This document shows, piece by piece, positions 29,896 to 38,626 of a DNA stretch of 53,277 bases. The stretch's first letter is position 1, and each line of letters opens with the position of its first letter. The notes below the pieces were generated by a model. It did not search any database, was not told the DNA's origin, and saw only the letters and a program-made list of their open reading frames with translations. Made by a program: the position numbers and the translations under genes. The stretch comes from a virus (taxonomy: Duplodnaviria; Caudoviricetes): positions 1 to 53,277 of IMG/VR virus record IMGVR_UViG_3300002053_000026. One strand, written 5' to 3'.

Positions 29896-30134
29896 CCTTT
29901 CCTTTCATTGTCAAAATATTTTTCAACAGATACATCCAACCGCTTCGCTTGTTGTCCTGCTTGTATTAATTTTCTTCCAATAACAATTGCCTCTTCTCCG
30001 GTAAAATCTAACGGAAAAAATCCTTTAGTCAAATGCTTATGTCTTCTGTAATCATAATAAATATTGACACATACGTCTGGTCCATCTCCCCATGTACATG
30101 AAATGTCTATTTTATCTCCAGTTGTGAGTTCCAT
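29892..30134 (-). CDS. Hypothetical protein
   Basis: Coupled ORF with RBS. Confidence 0.55.
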   Translation of the reverse strand: MELTTGDKIDISCTWGDGPDVCVNIYYDYRRHKHLTKGFFPLDFTGEEAIVIGRKLIQAGQQAKRLDVSVEKYFDNERKG

Positions 30135-30145
30135 ATTTTACCTTT

Positions 30146-30694
30146 TTATTTAGTTAATTTCCAACAATTCCCGTTTACAATAAGTTTCAAATTGTTGTCT
30201 TGAGCGAATTTATCGGTCACAAACATAACTGATCCCCAAGAATAATCGTGACCACCTAATGTTCCACCCAGTTTAATCTTAGGCCACCAAGCTTCCATGT
30301 CCCTTTTCACATTTTCTGCTACGTGAGAAGCATCAATAAAGCAAAAATCTACACTTCCATCATCAAACAGACTAGCTGATTCCGCGCTATCTCTTTGAAG
30401 AACAAATATGTTATCAATGAGTCCCAGTTTTTTCATGTTTGTTTCAAAAATTTGTCGCATATCTCTTGACTGTTGCGACTTAGTAGCTGGATCACGAGGA
30501 CTACCACCTTCACAATTATCAACTGTGTAGTACTCATTATTATTGTTTTGACAAATAGGTGCCATAACAGCAGTACATCTACCAGCAAAAAATCCTAATT
30601 CCACAACTATTCCATTATGAATATTATTACATATCTGTCTTACAAATTGTGCATCTTGTGCTGAAAACCAACCTTCTATATCATCCCATTTCAT
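30146..30694 (-). CDS. Class I SAM methyltransferase (Methyltransf_24-like)
   Basis: IEGWFS, VELGFFAG, FIDASH and GGTLGGHDY. Confidence 0.85.
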   Translation of the reverse strand: MKWDDIEGWFSAQDAQFVRQICNNIHNGIVVELGFFAGRCTAVMAPICQNNNNEYYTVDNCEGGSPRDPATKSQQSRDMRQIFETNMKKLGLIDNIFVLQRDSAESASLFDDGSVDFCFIDASHVAENVKRDMEAWWPKIKLGGTLGGHDYSWGSVMFVTDKFAQDNNLKLIVNGNCWKLTK

Positions 30695-31077
30695 ACTTTC
30701 ATCCTTCGTTTTTCTATAACCCGTTTAATCAAATTTAACATAGGAGTCACTTTGTTACATTCTAACATTTGCGTATATGGTTTGTCGCATGAAACTAATG
30801 GGCAAGAACTTTTTTTTAGAATTGCTTGACAGCCATTGTCAAAATCCCGATCTTCGCAGGTAAAATGTTGACATAAAGCGCACGAATCACAACTTATCTC
30901 CAAAATATTACTATTATCATCACGTAAACAAGCCATATCTAATTTTATTTTATGTTTCTTTAGATTAATTGGCAATAATCCAGTCCATTTTTTCAACGAA
31001 TGACGCAAAGCATATCTCTTAGATACTCTATCTGCCGGTGTTCTATAAAATTCTCTCTTCCACGAAGCTAGACTCAT
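30691..31077 (-). CDS. Cys-rich hypothetical protein
   Basis: SL.KW.GL, CALC and CPL; coupled ORF. Confidence 0.55.
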   Translation of the reverse strand: MSLASWKREFYRTPADRVSKRYALRHSLKKWTGLLPINLKKHKIKLDMACLRDDNSNILEISCDSCALCQHFTCEDRDFDNGCQAILKKSSCPLVSCDKPYTQMLECNKVTPMLNLIKRVIEKRRMKV

Positions 31078-31328
31078 CTTTTTCCCTTTCTTAATTCAGC
31101 CAACATTTGACACCTTTCTTTTTCTACTTTCTTTAAATCTATATTAAAGAATTCTGCCAAGAGTTCTTCTGTGTTTAAATATATTGGGGAATATTCCATT
31201 TCACCTTCTCCTTCAACTAATTTACATATTGTCATTTCTTTAAAATATTGTAACCATTCTAAAAATTCACCAATAACCTGAGACTTATCTTTTACTTCCG
31301 CCATTTTTTCACACTCTGAATATTTCAT
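31074..31328 (-). CDS. Hypothetical phage protein
   Basis: SQ.IGEFLEWL...LLAEFF.ID..K.E.ER; ATGA-coupled to neighbours. Confidence 0.6.
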   Translation of the reverse strand: MKYSECEKMAEVKDKSQVIGEFLEWLQYFKEMTICKLVEGEGEMEYSPIYLNTEELLAEFFNIDLKKVEKERCQMLAELRKGKR

Positions 31329-31594
31329 TTAACTATCATCCCATTTAATTTACAAAAATTATCATATTTCTTTATTTTGTCTAAAAAATCATACATTTTT
31401 TTATACCATTCTGTATAAATGAAACTTAATAATTTATACATTAGATAATCACCACACTTGTTTACATAAATAACAGATATTTCATTAATCCATTTATTTT
31501 TACGACGACAATCAATGATAATCAATTTATCAACCTTATTACGAATTCTATATCTAACTCTAAAATTTCCACTAATCATTGTTGGTGGTCTCAT
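31325..31594 (-). CDS. Hypothetical protein
   Basis: Coupled ORF. Confidence 0.5.
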   Translation of the reverse strand: MRPPTMISGNFRVRYRIRNKVDKLIIIDCRRKNKWINEISVIYVNKCGDYLMYKLLSFIYTEWYKKMYDFLDKIKKYDNFCKLNGMIVK

Positions 31595-31596
31595 TT

Positions 31597-31884
31597 CTAG
31601 TTTTCCTTCTGTTGTTCCCTGATTCTTGCCAATTCCCCCTCCTCATAAGCACAATAATCACAACACATGTGTTCTAGCGTATCATAGCATACTCCACACA
31701 GATAAAAATCATGAATTTTAGACCTGTTTTTAGATGTGTTGTTTACAACAGTCAAAACTGTAGCGCTATTACCTTCAGTAATTGTTTTATAACAACCACG
31801 ATATTTATGGTCTTTTCTTGTTCTTTGAACACGTTTAGTACGCATTGTCCAACATTCTGATGGTGATATACCTGGTTTTTTCAC
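31597..31884 (-). CDS. Hypothetical Cys-containing protein
   Basis: RTRKDH...C...I..G...CxxC pattern. Confidence 0.5.
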   Translation of the reverse strand: MKKPGISPSECWTMRTKRVQRTRKDHKYRGCYKTITEGNSATVLTVVNNTSKNRSKIHDFYLCGVCYDTLEHMCCDYCAYEEGELARIREQQKEN

Positions 31885-31887
31885 CTT

Positions 31888-33345
31888 TTAATCCTTCATG
31901 GTATAACTCAACTTAATTCCACCAAATTCACTTGGCGCAATAACAGCTAATTGTTGTATTACTCTTTGTCGTAAATCAACAGCTATATCTAATACAGTTT
32001 TCAACTCTTTTAAAGTAACTGTATCCGCTGTTTTGTGAGGAAACACCAGTTTTAACAATCCAGACCCAATTCTGACTAATGATCGCTGATTACGCTGAGA
32101 CATTTGACCAAAATCAACGTTACCAAGAATTAAAGATGCATAGCTTCTATCTCGCATTTTATGTATTATTTCACTCAAATAATCAGCCATAAAACCGTGT
32201 TGTCTTGCTAAACGTGCTTCGCATATTTGTGGTATTTTCCACCCAGGTATAAAACCGTGAATGCGATCTAAAAAAGCTCGATCTTGATTGATCATTGATG
32301 GTAACGGAGCAAACAAATTCCTGTATCTGGCGGCAACAATTTTTTGCTTACGATCACAATCGATATTGCCAGCAAACATTGTAGAACAGCCAGATGAAAA
32401 TTCAGCGGTACCCCTACCGAACCGACCGCTATTCATGAAATCCTTTAACATATCAGCAAGATCATTTTGGCTTGACCATTTATTCCCACCGCGTCCACTA
32501 GCAAATTCATCGAACATAACAACATCTTTATAGCCAACCAAACCAAGTTGACGCCTTAATTTATCATAAAATAATGATGCTACAGTGGTTTGACCACCAG
32601 ATACCACAAAACCATGAGAACTTAAGGACTGATAAGCAAACGTTTTCCCTGTCTCTGGTGGGCCAAGTTCTATCATATTAATATTAGATTCGATAAATGG
32701 AACTAATCTTACTAAATATAACCATTTTTCTGTATCAGAGAGATAATCAGGATCAAAACCGATGCTGGTAATAAGAAGATTAATCCATTCGTCATCGCTA
32801 AATTGTTCACGACGACTTATCCAATTATCAACATTAATGTTAATGATTTGAATTGGCCTGAACTCAGTTACCAAAAATGGATATAGTCTTTTCCTGATAG
32901 AGTAGGACTCATCATAAACAATTTTGAACACGCCCCACGCACCTGATGTGAGCAAAATTTCTCCATATTGAGCAATTATTTGTGGGTTAATTCTCACATA
33001 CTGATTACCGAGCGCCGTCACATCAACCCAATACTCATCCTTTGCTTCGTCGAGCCTACATCGAATATGGCCTATTAATACAAATTCACCACGTTCCCTG
33101 ATATGACTTTTAACCAATTCCTTTTGATCAGAATCCATAAAATGGTCATTTAATAATTTACTAATTTTCTCCAAACCAATAGTTGGATTTGATGGATCAA
33201 CCATTTGGGATAACAAATAATCGATTACAAAACTTGGCAATTTTCTCCACTGATCGTCCCATTTAGACATACTCTTATCAATAATAATTCCTGGTTCACG
33301 AAATATAACTCGCAATTTATTTTTTTCTTTTTCCCCAATCATCAA
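31888..33345 (-). CDS. brxL: BrxL-like MCM-related AAA+ ATPase lacking the C-terminal Lon protease domain
   Basis: R.QFS..EWI.LL..SIG..P, RLVPFIE.N.N.IELGP..TGKT, T.A.LFY, FDE, LKDFM.SG.F.RG, AFLDRIH..IPGW and GF..DYLSE. Confidence 0.85.
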   Translation of the reverse strand: MMIGEKEKNKLRVIFREPGIIIDKSMSKWDDQWRKLPSFVIDYLLSQMVDPSNPTIGLEKISKLLNDHFMDSDQKELVKSHIRERGEFVLIGHIRCRLDEAKDEYWVDVTALGNQYVRINPQIIAQYGEILLTSGAWGVFKIVYDESYSIRKRLYPFLVTEFRPIQIININVDNWISRREQFSDDEWINLLITSIGFDPDYLSDTEKWLYLVRLVPFIESNINMIELGPPETGKTFAYQSLSSHGFVVSGGQTTVASLFYDKLRRQLGLVGYKDVVMFDEFASGRGGNKWSSQNDLADMLKDFMNSGRFGRGTAEFSSGCSTMFAGNIDCDRKQKIVAARYRNLFAPLPSMINQDRAFLDRIHGFIPGWKIPQICEARLARQHGFMADYLSEIIHKMRDRSYASLILGNVDFGQMSQRNQRSLVRIGSGLLKLVFPHKTADTVTLKELKTVLDIAVDLRQRVIQQLAVIAPSEFGGIKLSYTMKD

Positions 33346-33353
33346 TCTCCCTT

Positions 33354-33611
33354 TTAATTAATGTTATCAAAAAGATCTAAAGCATCTGATCTTTCAACAA
33401 CAAGCTCATTTTCATCCATGATAGACTTAGGAATCGTCATATTAAATTCTATTAAATTCTCCAGACACGCAAGATGCATCCCGCCCATCAATCCTTCTAA
33501 ATCCGCAGAATAATTACAATCATCATCCCCCGGACCACAATACGTCATCTGATTACCCCAGAAGATTAATTCATCGCACATTATTTTTTGATGACATATC
33601 AAACAATTCAT
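33354..33611 (-). CDS. Hypothetical protein (CxxC...HxxC)
   Basis: ORF with a possible metal-binding pattern. Confidence 0.55.
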   Translation of the reverse strand: MNCLICHQKIMCDELIFWGNQMTYCGPGDDDCNYSADLEGLMGGMHLACLENLIEFNMTIPKSIMDENELVVERSDALDLFDNIN

Positions 33612-33699
33612 TAAATAATCTCATCTTAAAAAACAATCCCCAATAGAGCCCGATTCGTTCAATTCATGGTCGAGCGAAGCACAGGAGCCCAGGAACAAT

Positions 33700-33793
33700 G
33701 GATGACGGCACACGAATTCACACACAGAGGAACGCTGTAGAGGCCCGTGGTGGTCTCAGGTGTGACCGGATGACTCAGGAAGGCAAGGATGAC
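33700..33793. repeat. Three GGATGAC direct repeats in a GC-rich intergenic patch
   Basis: Copies at 33700-33706, 33768-33774 and 33787-33793. Confidence 0.6.
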
Positions 33794-33863
33794 CCGTAGA
33801 ACTCAACAGCAACGCTCTTACGAATTAAAAGAGGCGTTCTTAACAGACTCATCCAAGATAAAC

Positions 33864-34130
33864 TTAAGAATCGTCCAATAAACCCCATACACCAATCTTA
33901 CCCATCAAACGACCGCATTTAGCATCAATGATCGTGCCAGCAGATTGAATTTCGCCCAAATCGTTAATATAAAGATTCTGATGTGGCGTATTACTCACTA
34001 ATTTATTCGCCAAAGACAATAGGTGTTGAGATAAAATTCTACAATCCTGAGCCAACCCATCGCGCGCTATTTGAATTTGAATGTCAACCTTTTCTTTAAT
34101 GTTCATTTCCTTTTCCTTACCTTTGACCAA
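33864..34130 (-). CDS. Hypothetical protein
   Basis: ORF; likely start is MNIKEK after an AAGGA RBS. Confidence 0.55.
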   Translation of the reverse strand: MVKGKEKEMNIKEKVDIQIQIARDGLAQDCRILSQHLLSLANKLVSNTPHQNLYINDLGEIQSAGTIIDAKCGRLMGKIGVWGLLDDS

Positions 34131-34347
34131 TAACAGAGAAACTTATTACCATTCCTTGTTTACCACATGCGCTAAATAATTCTAGTACCCATTCTGGTGC
34201 TTTCCACCTACCTGACGAAATAGACCCATTTATAATACGCTGCTCTATCATTTCCATCTTGAATATCCTTCAGATAAACCAAATAACCGCATTAATTGAT
34301 CAGATAAATATGTGCGCGCAGAACGCTTTACTTTTAAATCGCTTAAA

Positions 34348-34474
34348 CTTGCGCTTATAGATATTATTAACTTTAGTATTTATCTGAAACATTTATTTAC
34401 CAATCACATTAATTATTGTAATCTAATTTGTTGTGTTAAATTTCAATGACTTATGTATTACTATAAAGCGCAAG
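34348..34474. repeat. Inverted repeat CTTGCGCTTATAG / CTATAAAGCGCAAG flanking about 100 bp of AT-rich DNA
   Basis: Arms at 34348-34360 and 34461-34474 with one extra A; lies in the largest non-coding gap. Confidence 0.65.
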
Positions 34475-34713
34475 ACAGAGAAAATGTAGTGTTAAGGGTT
34501 GGCGCAATGCAACAAAGTGATAAGAAATCTTATAGCTAATTTAGCTAGCCAGCAATTTAGTACAAGAAAAAGTTCAATACTTTTACAGTATAGAGAGGCC
34601 AAAAACGAATAAGTATTCCAAGAAAAATATTAAAAAAATAAAAAAGGTTGAAAAATATTGAAATTTTATATCAAATCTTTTATATATCAATTTGTGCTGT
34701 ATTCTACTCACAC

Positions 34714-34938
34714 CTATTTTTTCTTGTCATGCGATTCCGGACTTAAATTATGGTGATGATATTTATTGGCAAATAATATTCCTATAATGCGCTTGGTTGC
34801 GCTCCCAATCAATGTTTTTGTGATTGGGCCATGAGCGCGAATTGTTTCTCTAAGTCCGCCCATGATTAATCTACTAATTTGTTTTTGTTCTATTTGTTTT
34901 TTGTTCACCAATTTCTCCTGTTTTGAAAACACGCACAA
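34714..34938 (-). CDS. Hypothetical protein
   Basis: GGL..TI.AHGPIT...IGSATKRI small phage-protein pattern. Confidence 0.6.
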   Translation of the reverse strand: MCVFSKQEKLVNKKQIEQKQISRLIMGGLRETIRAHGPITKTLIGSATKRIIGILFANKYHHHNLSPESHDKKK

Positions 34939-34987
34939 TAAACTGCTTCGATAAAAAGATCGAAAGAACCACTGCTCAAGGTCTAAA

Positions 34988-35272
34988 TTAGAGAGGGGAT
35001 TCTTGTTTTGATGCTACACAGAAACCAGCAACGAATGCTGCTACTTCATCTAATGTACTAAATAAGGATATTGGGCATTTATCTTGGGTACATGCCGATT
35101 GATGGTGATATATAATTTCTCTGACTTTTGGTTTCGTGTCATATTTTTTTGGTCCGACAGCAAATCTGTGGTATGGGTGTTCTGGTGCATCTACAATAAT
35201 TAGGGCTAAACCTATTTTTCGTATTCTGGATCGAAATTTTTCATATACGCCTACTACTGTTGATTCATACAT
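34988..35272 (-). CDS. Hypothetical protein
   Basis: ORF with AAAGGA RBS. Confidence 0.5.
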   Translation of the reverse strand: MYESTVVGVYEKFRSRIRKIGLALIIVDAPEHPYHRFAVGPKKYDTKPKVREIIYHHQSACTQDKCPISLFSTLDEVAAFVAGFCVASKQESPL

Positions 35273-35276
35273 AATA

Positions 35277-35489
35277 TTATCCTTTCAGTTCAGCCACTCT
35301 TCTTCTGGCGGACGATACCATATCTAAATATGTGTGGATATTTTCTCTCAATGCTACATCCCCTCTACGGGCTTCAGCCAATGATTCTAATGCTGCAACT
35401 AATGTTTTATATGCTTCTATTAAATCTATGTCAGAACATTTTAAAGCTCTACAGCAGAATTCACATTTTTGTATACCTTGACATACCAT
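35277..35489 (-). CDS. Hypothetical protein (Cys-rich N-terminus)
   Basis: ORF in operon. Confidence 0.5.
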   Translation of the reverse strand: MVCQGIQKCEFCCRALKCSDIDLIEAYKTLVAALESLAEARRGDVALRENIHTYLDMVSSARRRVAELKG

Positions 35490-35493
35490 TTGT

Positions 35494-35853
35494 TTACTCG
35501 CTTTTTAATCGGTATATTTGTTGATCCCATCCGGAATATAAAATATTTGCAGGATATTCTTGCAATAATTTTTGACATTTATTGCATGGTTTTGCCATTG
35601 ACAATCCAAAGATGTTTATTCTTATCACAAGAATTATTATATTTTTGAATCTATCAAAGGCTCTAAGTTTATTTAATTTTTGTATAAGAACTTCTTCTGC
35701 GTGTTGTGTAAATTTTTTGGGATTGCCAGATATGCGCTTGTTGTGGGCAAAAGCTATTATTTGGCCAGAACTAGTTAGTGCGATTGCTGCAACTTTTGCC
35801 TTTTTAACATTAGAATAATTTGCGACCCTAATTGCTTTTTCTGGTACTATCAT
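35494..35853 (-). CDS. Zn-dependent cytidine/dCMP deaminase-like protein
   Basis: HAEE and AKPCNKC motifs. Confidence 0.8.
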   Translation of the reverse strand: MIVPEKAIRVANYSNVKKAKVAAIALTSSGQIIAFAHNKRISGNPKKFTQHAEEVLIQKLNKLRAFDRFKNIIILVIRINIFGLSMAKPCNKCQKLLQEYPANILYSGWDQQIYRLKSE

Positions 35854-35864
35854 ATATTTATCAG

Positions 35865-36053
35865 CTATGGTTTGAAGGTGACACCTATAGATGGATGACT
35901 CTTAATATCTGTTATTATTTTATTTTTTAACCATGCTTCTAGATTATTAAGATATTCTTGAGATACACGAGTCATGGGTGATCCAGAGCGTAAGTCTTTA
36001 AATCTGGTTAAAATAAATTTTTTAGTTGCCGATTTGTTAAGAAGATTTGTCAC
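35865..36053 (-). CDS. Possible minimal histone-fold protein
   Basis: LLNKSATKKFI-loop-RVS.E.L..L...L...I...-G.TFKP resembles short bacterial histones; GGAGG RBS upstream. Confidence 0.45.
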   Translation of the reverse strand: MTNLLNKSATKKFILTRFKDLRSGSPMTRVSQEYLNNLEAWLKNKIITDIKSHPSIGVTFKP

Positions 36054-36094
36054 TTGGTTACCTCCATAAGACGTATATCTAAATTTTATTTTTA

Positions 36095-36392
36095 TTATCT
36101 CATCTTTAATTGTTGGTTGACGAATAACTGGATTTTATTTTGTTGTTTACTCCACTCCGGGAAATCTTGTAATAATCTTTTACATTCTGGACATTCGCAT
36201 TCAAACGGTGCTAACTAATTATCTAATTTTGACCATACCTCATGCCGATTAATAATCGCGCCTTGTTCATATAACAATTTTTCTATTTGTTTTTGTTGTG
36301 ATTCCCATGGTTGGTGGGTGTTTTGTGGCTTTATAAGACCAATTTTCAAATTCTTCCCAGACTTTTTTCCAATCAACTTTTGGCTTAGCCAT
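36095..36392 (-). pseudogene. Broken small gene with an internal repeat (+1 frameshift and premature TAG)
   Basis: MAKPKVDWKKVWEEFENW...[+1]PWESQQKQIEKLL...HEVWSKLDN*LAPFECECPEC...PEWSKQQNKIQ. Confidence 0.55.
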
Positions 36393-36598
36393 TATCTTCC
36401 CCCTCGTTGTAGATTTCGATTTCTGGTTGCTGCTCGTTGATAGTATGCTGGTTTATTCTTCTGGGAGGTACGAGTACCCAGTGCTTTTTCTACTTCGCCT
36501 ATAAAATTGGCGCATTCAGGCCCAACGAATCCTTCACCATCGATTGAACAATTACCTTCCTCATCAATGTCTATAACGATCTTTTTTTGCGGTGTCAC
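36392..36598 (-). CDS. DUF2997-like protein
   Basis: KKIVIDIDEEG.....GEGF.G..C......VEKALG.....KP.YY signature; GTG start overlaps the upstream TGA. Confidence 0.75.
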   Translation of the reverse strand: MTPQKKIVIDIDEEGNCSIDGEGFVGPECANFIGEVEKALGTRTSQKNKPAYYQRAATRNRNLQRGGR

Positions 36599-36900
36599 GA
36601 TGTACTCCCTTCTTCCTTGTTCAAGAAACTCATTATTGCTCTTACTAAAGCTTCTGGTAGACAAATTCTTTTTTCTGGGTGGTACCCATTTTTTGATTTT
36701 TCAATAAAAAATATACCATCATCAGTTTTCCAAATACCATATGTTACTGAACGTTGTGGATAAACACCATCTTCATCATTAATGCTTGTTACAACTTCAG
36801 CGTCCGGTGGGAAATCACGATTCCATCTCCTTCTAGTATCATTTCTTTCTCTTGATGATCGTTTCAAAAATTCATTTATTTGATTAAGTGTCCATGTCAT
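36595..36900 (-). CDS. Hypothetical protein
   Basis: Coupled ORF. Confidence 0.55.
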   Translation of the reverse strand: MTWTLNQINEFLKRSSRERNDTRRRWNRDFPPDAEVVTSINDEDGVYPQRSVTYGIWKTDDGIFFIEKSKNGYHPEKRICLPEALVRAIMSFLNKEEGSTS

Positions 36901-36901
36901 T

Positions 36902-37465
36902 TTATCTATGCTCCGCTTTATCTAGGAGTTCTTCAAAAAACTCTTGACTTCCCCTACCCGATTTTTTCGCCAATGCGTCAGAAGCATCACACACATCTAA
37001 TACACGCCGTCCCATTTCCTCAATCGTTGAATGGACGGAATTAAGCGAGACACATTTGCGCAATTTAGCTTTGGTAAGATAGCACATACTACAATTTTCT
37101 ACAGAAATGGTAGCATCGCTTTTCCAGGCGACTTCAATCTCTACTCCATATACACCGTGGATATGGACTATAAAAAATGTTGGTTTGATTAAATCACGGA
37201 TTTCTGAGATGATTCCTTTTCTAGTCTTTAATTTTTGTTCAATCGTTGGTATTCGACTATATAAGGATTCTTTTGTTATTTCTGCTGCTCTACTGATGTA
37301 GTAGCAATGTTGACATACCATATGATTTAACGGCGCCATATGGCATTCGGCTTTCTTAGCAGGTATCCTTATGCCGCATAAGGTTGTTGCCATTTGCGGG
37401 TCTTGTAATATTGAGTCCACTTTGTGGACTCGGTGCCACTTACCATATCGCCTAAATACTTTCAT
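36902..37465 (-). CDS. Hypothetical protein with an N-terminal H..CG..CxxC Zn-binding motif
   Basis: WH...TLCG...CQHC. Confidence 0.55.
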   Translation of the reverse strand: MKVFRRYGKWHRVHKVDSILQDPQMATTLCGIRIPAKKAECHMAPLNHMVCQHCYYISRAAEITKESLYSRIPTIEQKLKTRKGIISEIRDLIKPTFFIVHIHGVYGVEIEVAWKSDATISVENCSMCYLTKAKLRKCVSLNSVHSTIEEMGRRVLDVCDASDALAKKSGRGSQEFFEELLDKAEHR

Positions 37466-37481
37466 TATATTGCTCTTTTTG

Positions 37482-37697
37482 TCAATCTAGGTCTACTTCT
37501 TTGGAATTAAATAATGCCTGTAGATAGGGTTCTGATGAATTTTGGCCCAATTGCTGTGCTGCTTTGTCAGCCACTTCTCTTAAAGAGAGACAGATATTTG
37601 GGTCAGAACAACATCTATTCTCATCTCCTCTCTGTTGTGCTTCAATACAAATATGGGGACGATTTGCGTTCTTTTTACATTGTCTACACTGATACAT
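37482..37697 (-). CDS. Cys-rich hypothetical protein
   Basis: ORF with RBS. Confidence 0.5.
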   Translation of the reverse strand: MYQCRQCKKNANRPHICIEAQQRGDENRCCSDPNICLSLREVADKAAQQLGQNSSEPYLQALFNSKEVDLD

Positions 37698-37708
37698 TTT
37701 TTATCCTT

Positions 37709-37933
37709 TCAATATGGATGTTTATCTGCTTCGCAGATTAAGCACTGTTCATGACTGTACGGATGCTTTTTCCAATCTAACTTATCAATGTTTTCACCTA
37801 GGAATTTTCCGCATCTTGTTTGTAGATTGCCATCTCGTATATCAAATATTTTATGGTATTTATTTGTTGTTAATGGTTTACGAAACCATCTACCATATTC
37901 GTCTCCTTGCGGCTCGTTTTCATAGGATTTCAT
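37709..37933 (-). CDS. Small H..CG..CxxC Zn-binding protein
   Basis: YH...TRCG...CLIC. Confidence 0.55.
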   Translation of the reverse strand: MKSYENEPQGDEYGRWFRKPLTTNKYHKIFDIRDGNLQTRCGKFLGENIDKLDWKKHPYSHEQCLICEADKHPY

Positions 37934-38012
37934 AGTTCTGAGTTCTGAGGTAACAGTTGTTTGGGCTATAGCCGAAATTGTTAAGCTACAACTTTTGCAC
38001 TAATCCAAAATC

Positions 38013-38294
38013 CTATTTATTGCGGTCATTTTTTTCCCCTATGAATGCTTGGACACATTGTCTACAGCAATTAAATTGTAGATGATGATGGTTTATTTCT
38101 ACCTTTAAGTCCCAAGCCACTTTTCTACCGCATAAAGCTTTTGTGTCAGCGCCTCCACCTAGTTTTAATCCACTATCTGTTAATTGGCGTATGTGCCATG
38201 GACTAGTTGCTGTGGCATATTGTATTTCGCAAAAAGCAAATTTCATAATTCTATATCGCATTTTTTTTGAAAGAGTTTGATAAGATTTGCACAT
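38013..38294 (-). CDS. Small H..CG..CxxC Zn-binding protein
   Basis: WH...ALCG...CRQC; likely start is MKFAF. Confidence 0.55.
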   Translation of the reverse strand: MCKSYQTLSKKMRYRIMKFAFCEIQYATATSPWHIRQLTDSGLKLGGGADTKALCGRKVAWDLKVEINHHHLQFNCCRQCVQAFIGEKNDRNK

Positions 38295-38497
38295 TCATGA
38301 CAATATTCTACAATTCTTTCTGCTATACTTAGAACTGTTTCTGCGTGTTCTAACTTTTCTGTTTGCTCAGATAATTGAGCTTTTAATTTTTGATTTCTTG
38401 ATTCTAATGTGGCTATACGCCTTTTAAGTTTTTGAATTTCCTTCTTTATTTCTGGTTCTAGATTTTTGTCAAGAATGTCTGCGACTACTTTTGTCAT
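38243..38497 (-). CDS. Coiled-coil hypothetical protein
   Basis: KKEIQKLKRRIATL...AETVLSIAERIVEYC, shared with 38627..39013; AGGAGG RBS. Confidence 0.6.
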   Translation of the reverse strand: MTKVVADILDKNLEPEIKKEIQKLKRRIATLESRNQKLKAQLSEQTEKLEHAETVLSIAERIVEYCHECANLIKLFQKKCDIEL

Positions 38498-38626
38498 TAT
38501 TTAATCCTCCTGAATTAATTTCAACAATTCTCTTGCGAAGATAACTTCACCAGTGTGGCGTCCACCTTTGTATATGGTTCGATATCTTTATCTGGAATAT
38601 TTACGGTTACTTTCGCCATGATATTT

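Noticed and set aside
31888-33345. Complete BREX defence system
   Set aside because: Only the brxL-like gene is present; no PglX, PglZ or BrxC in the window.
33580-33852. TGA-readthrough ORF across the GC-rich patch
   Set aside because: It needs three readthrough events, the product is not protein-like and TGA is used as a stop elsewhere.
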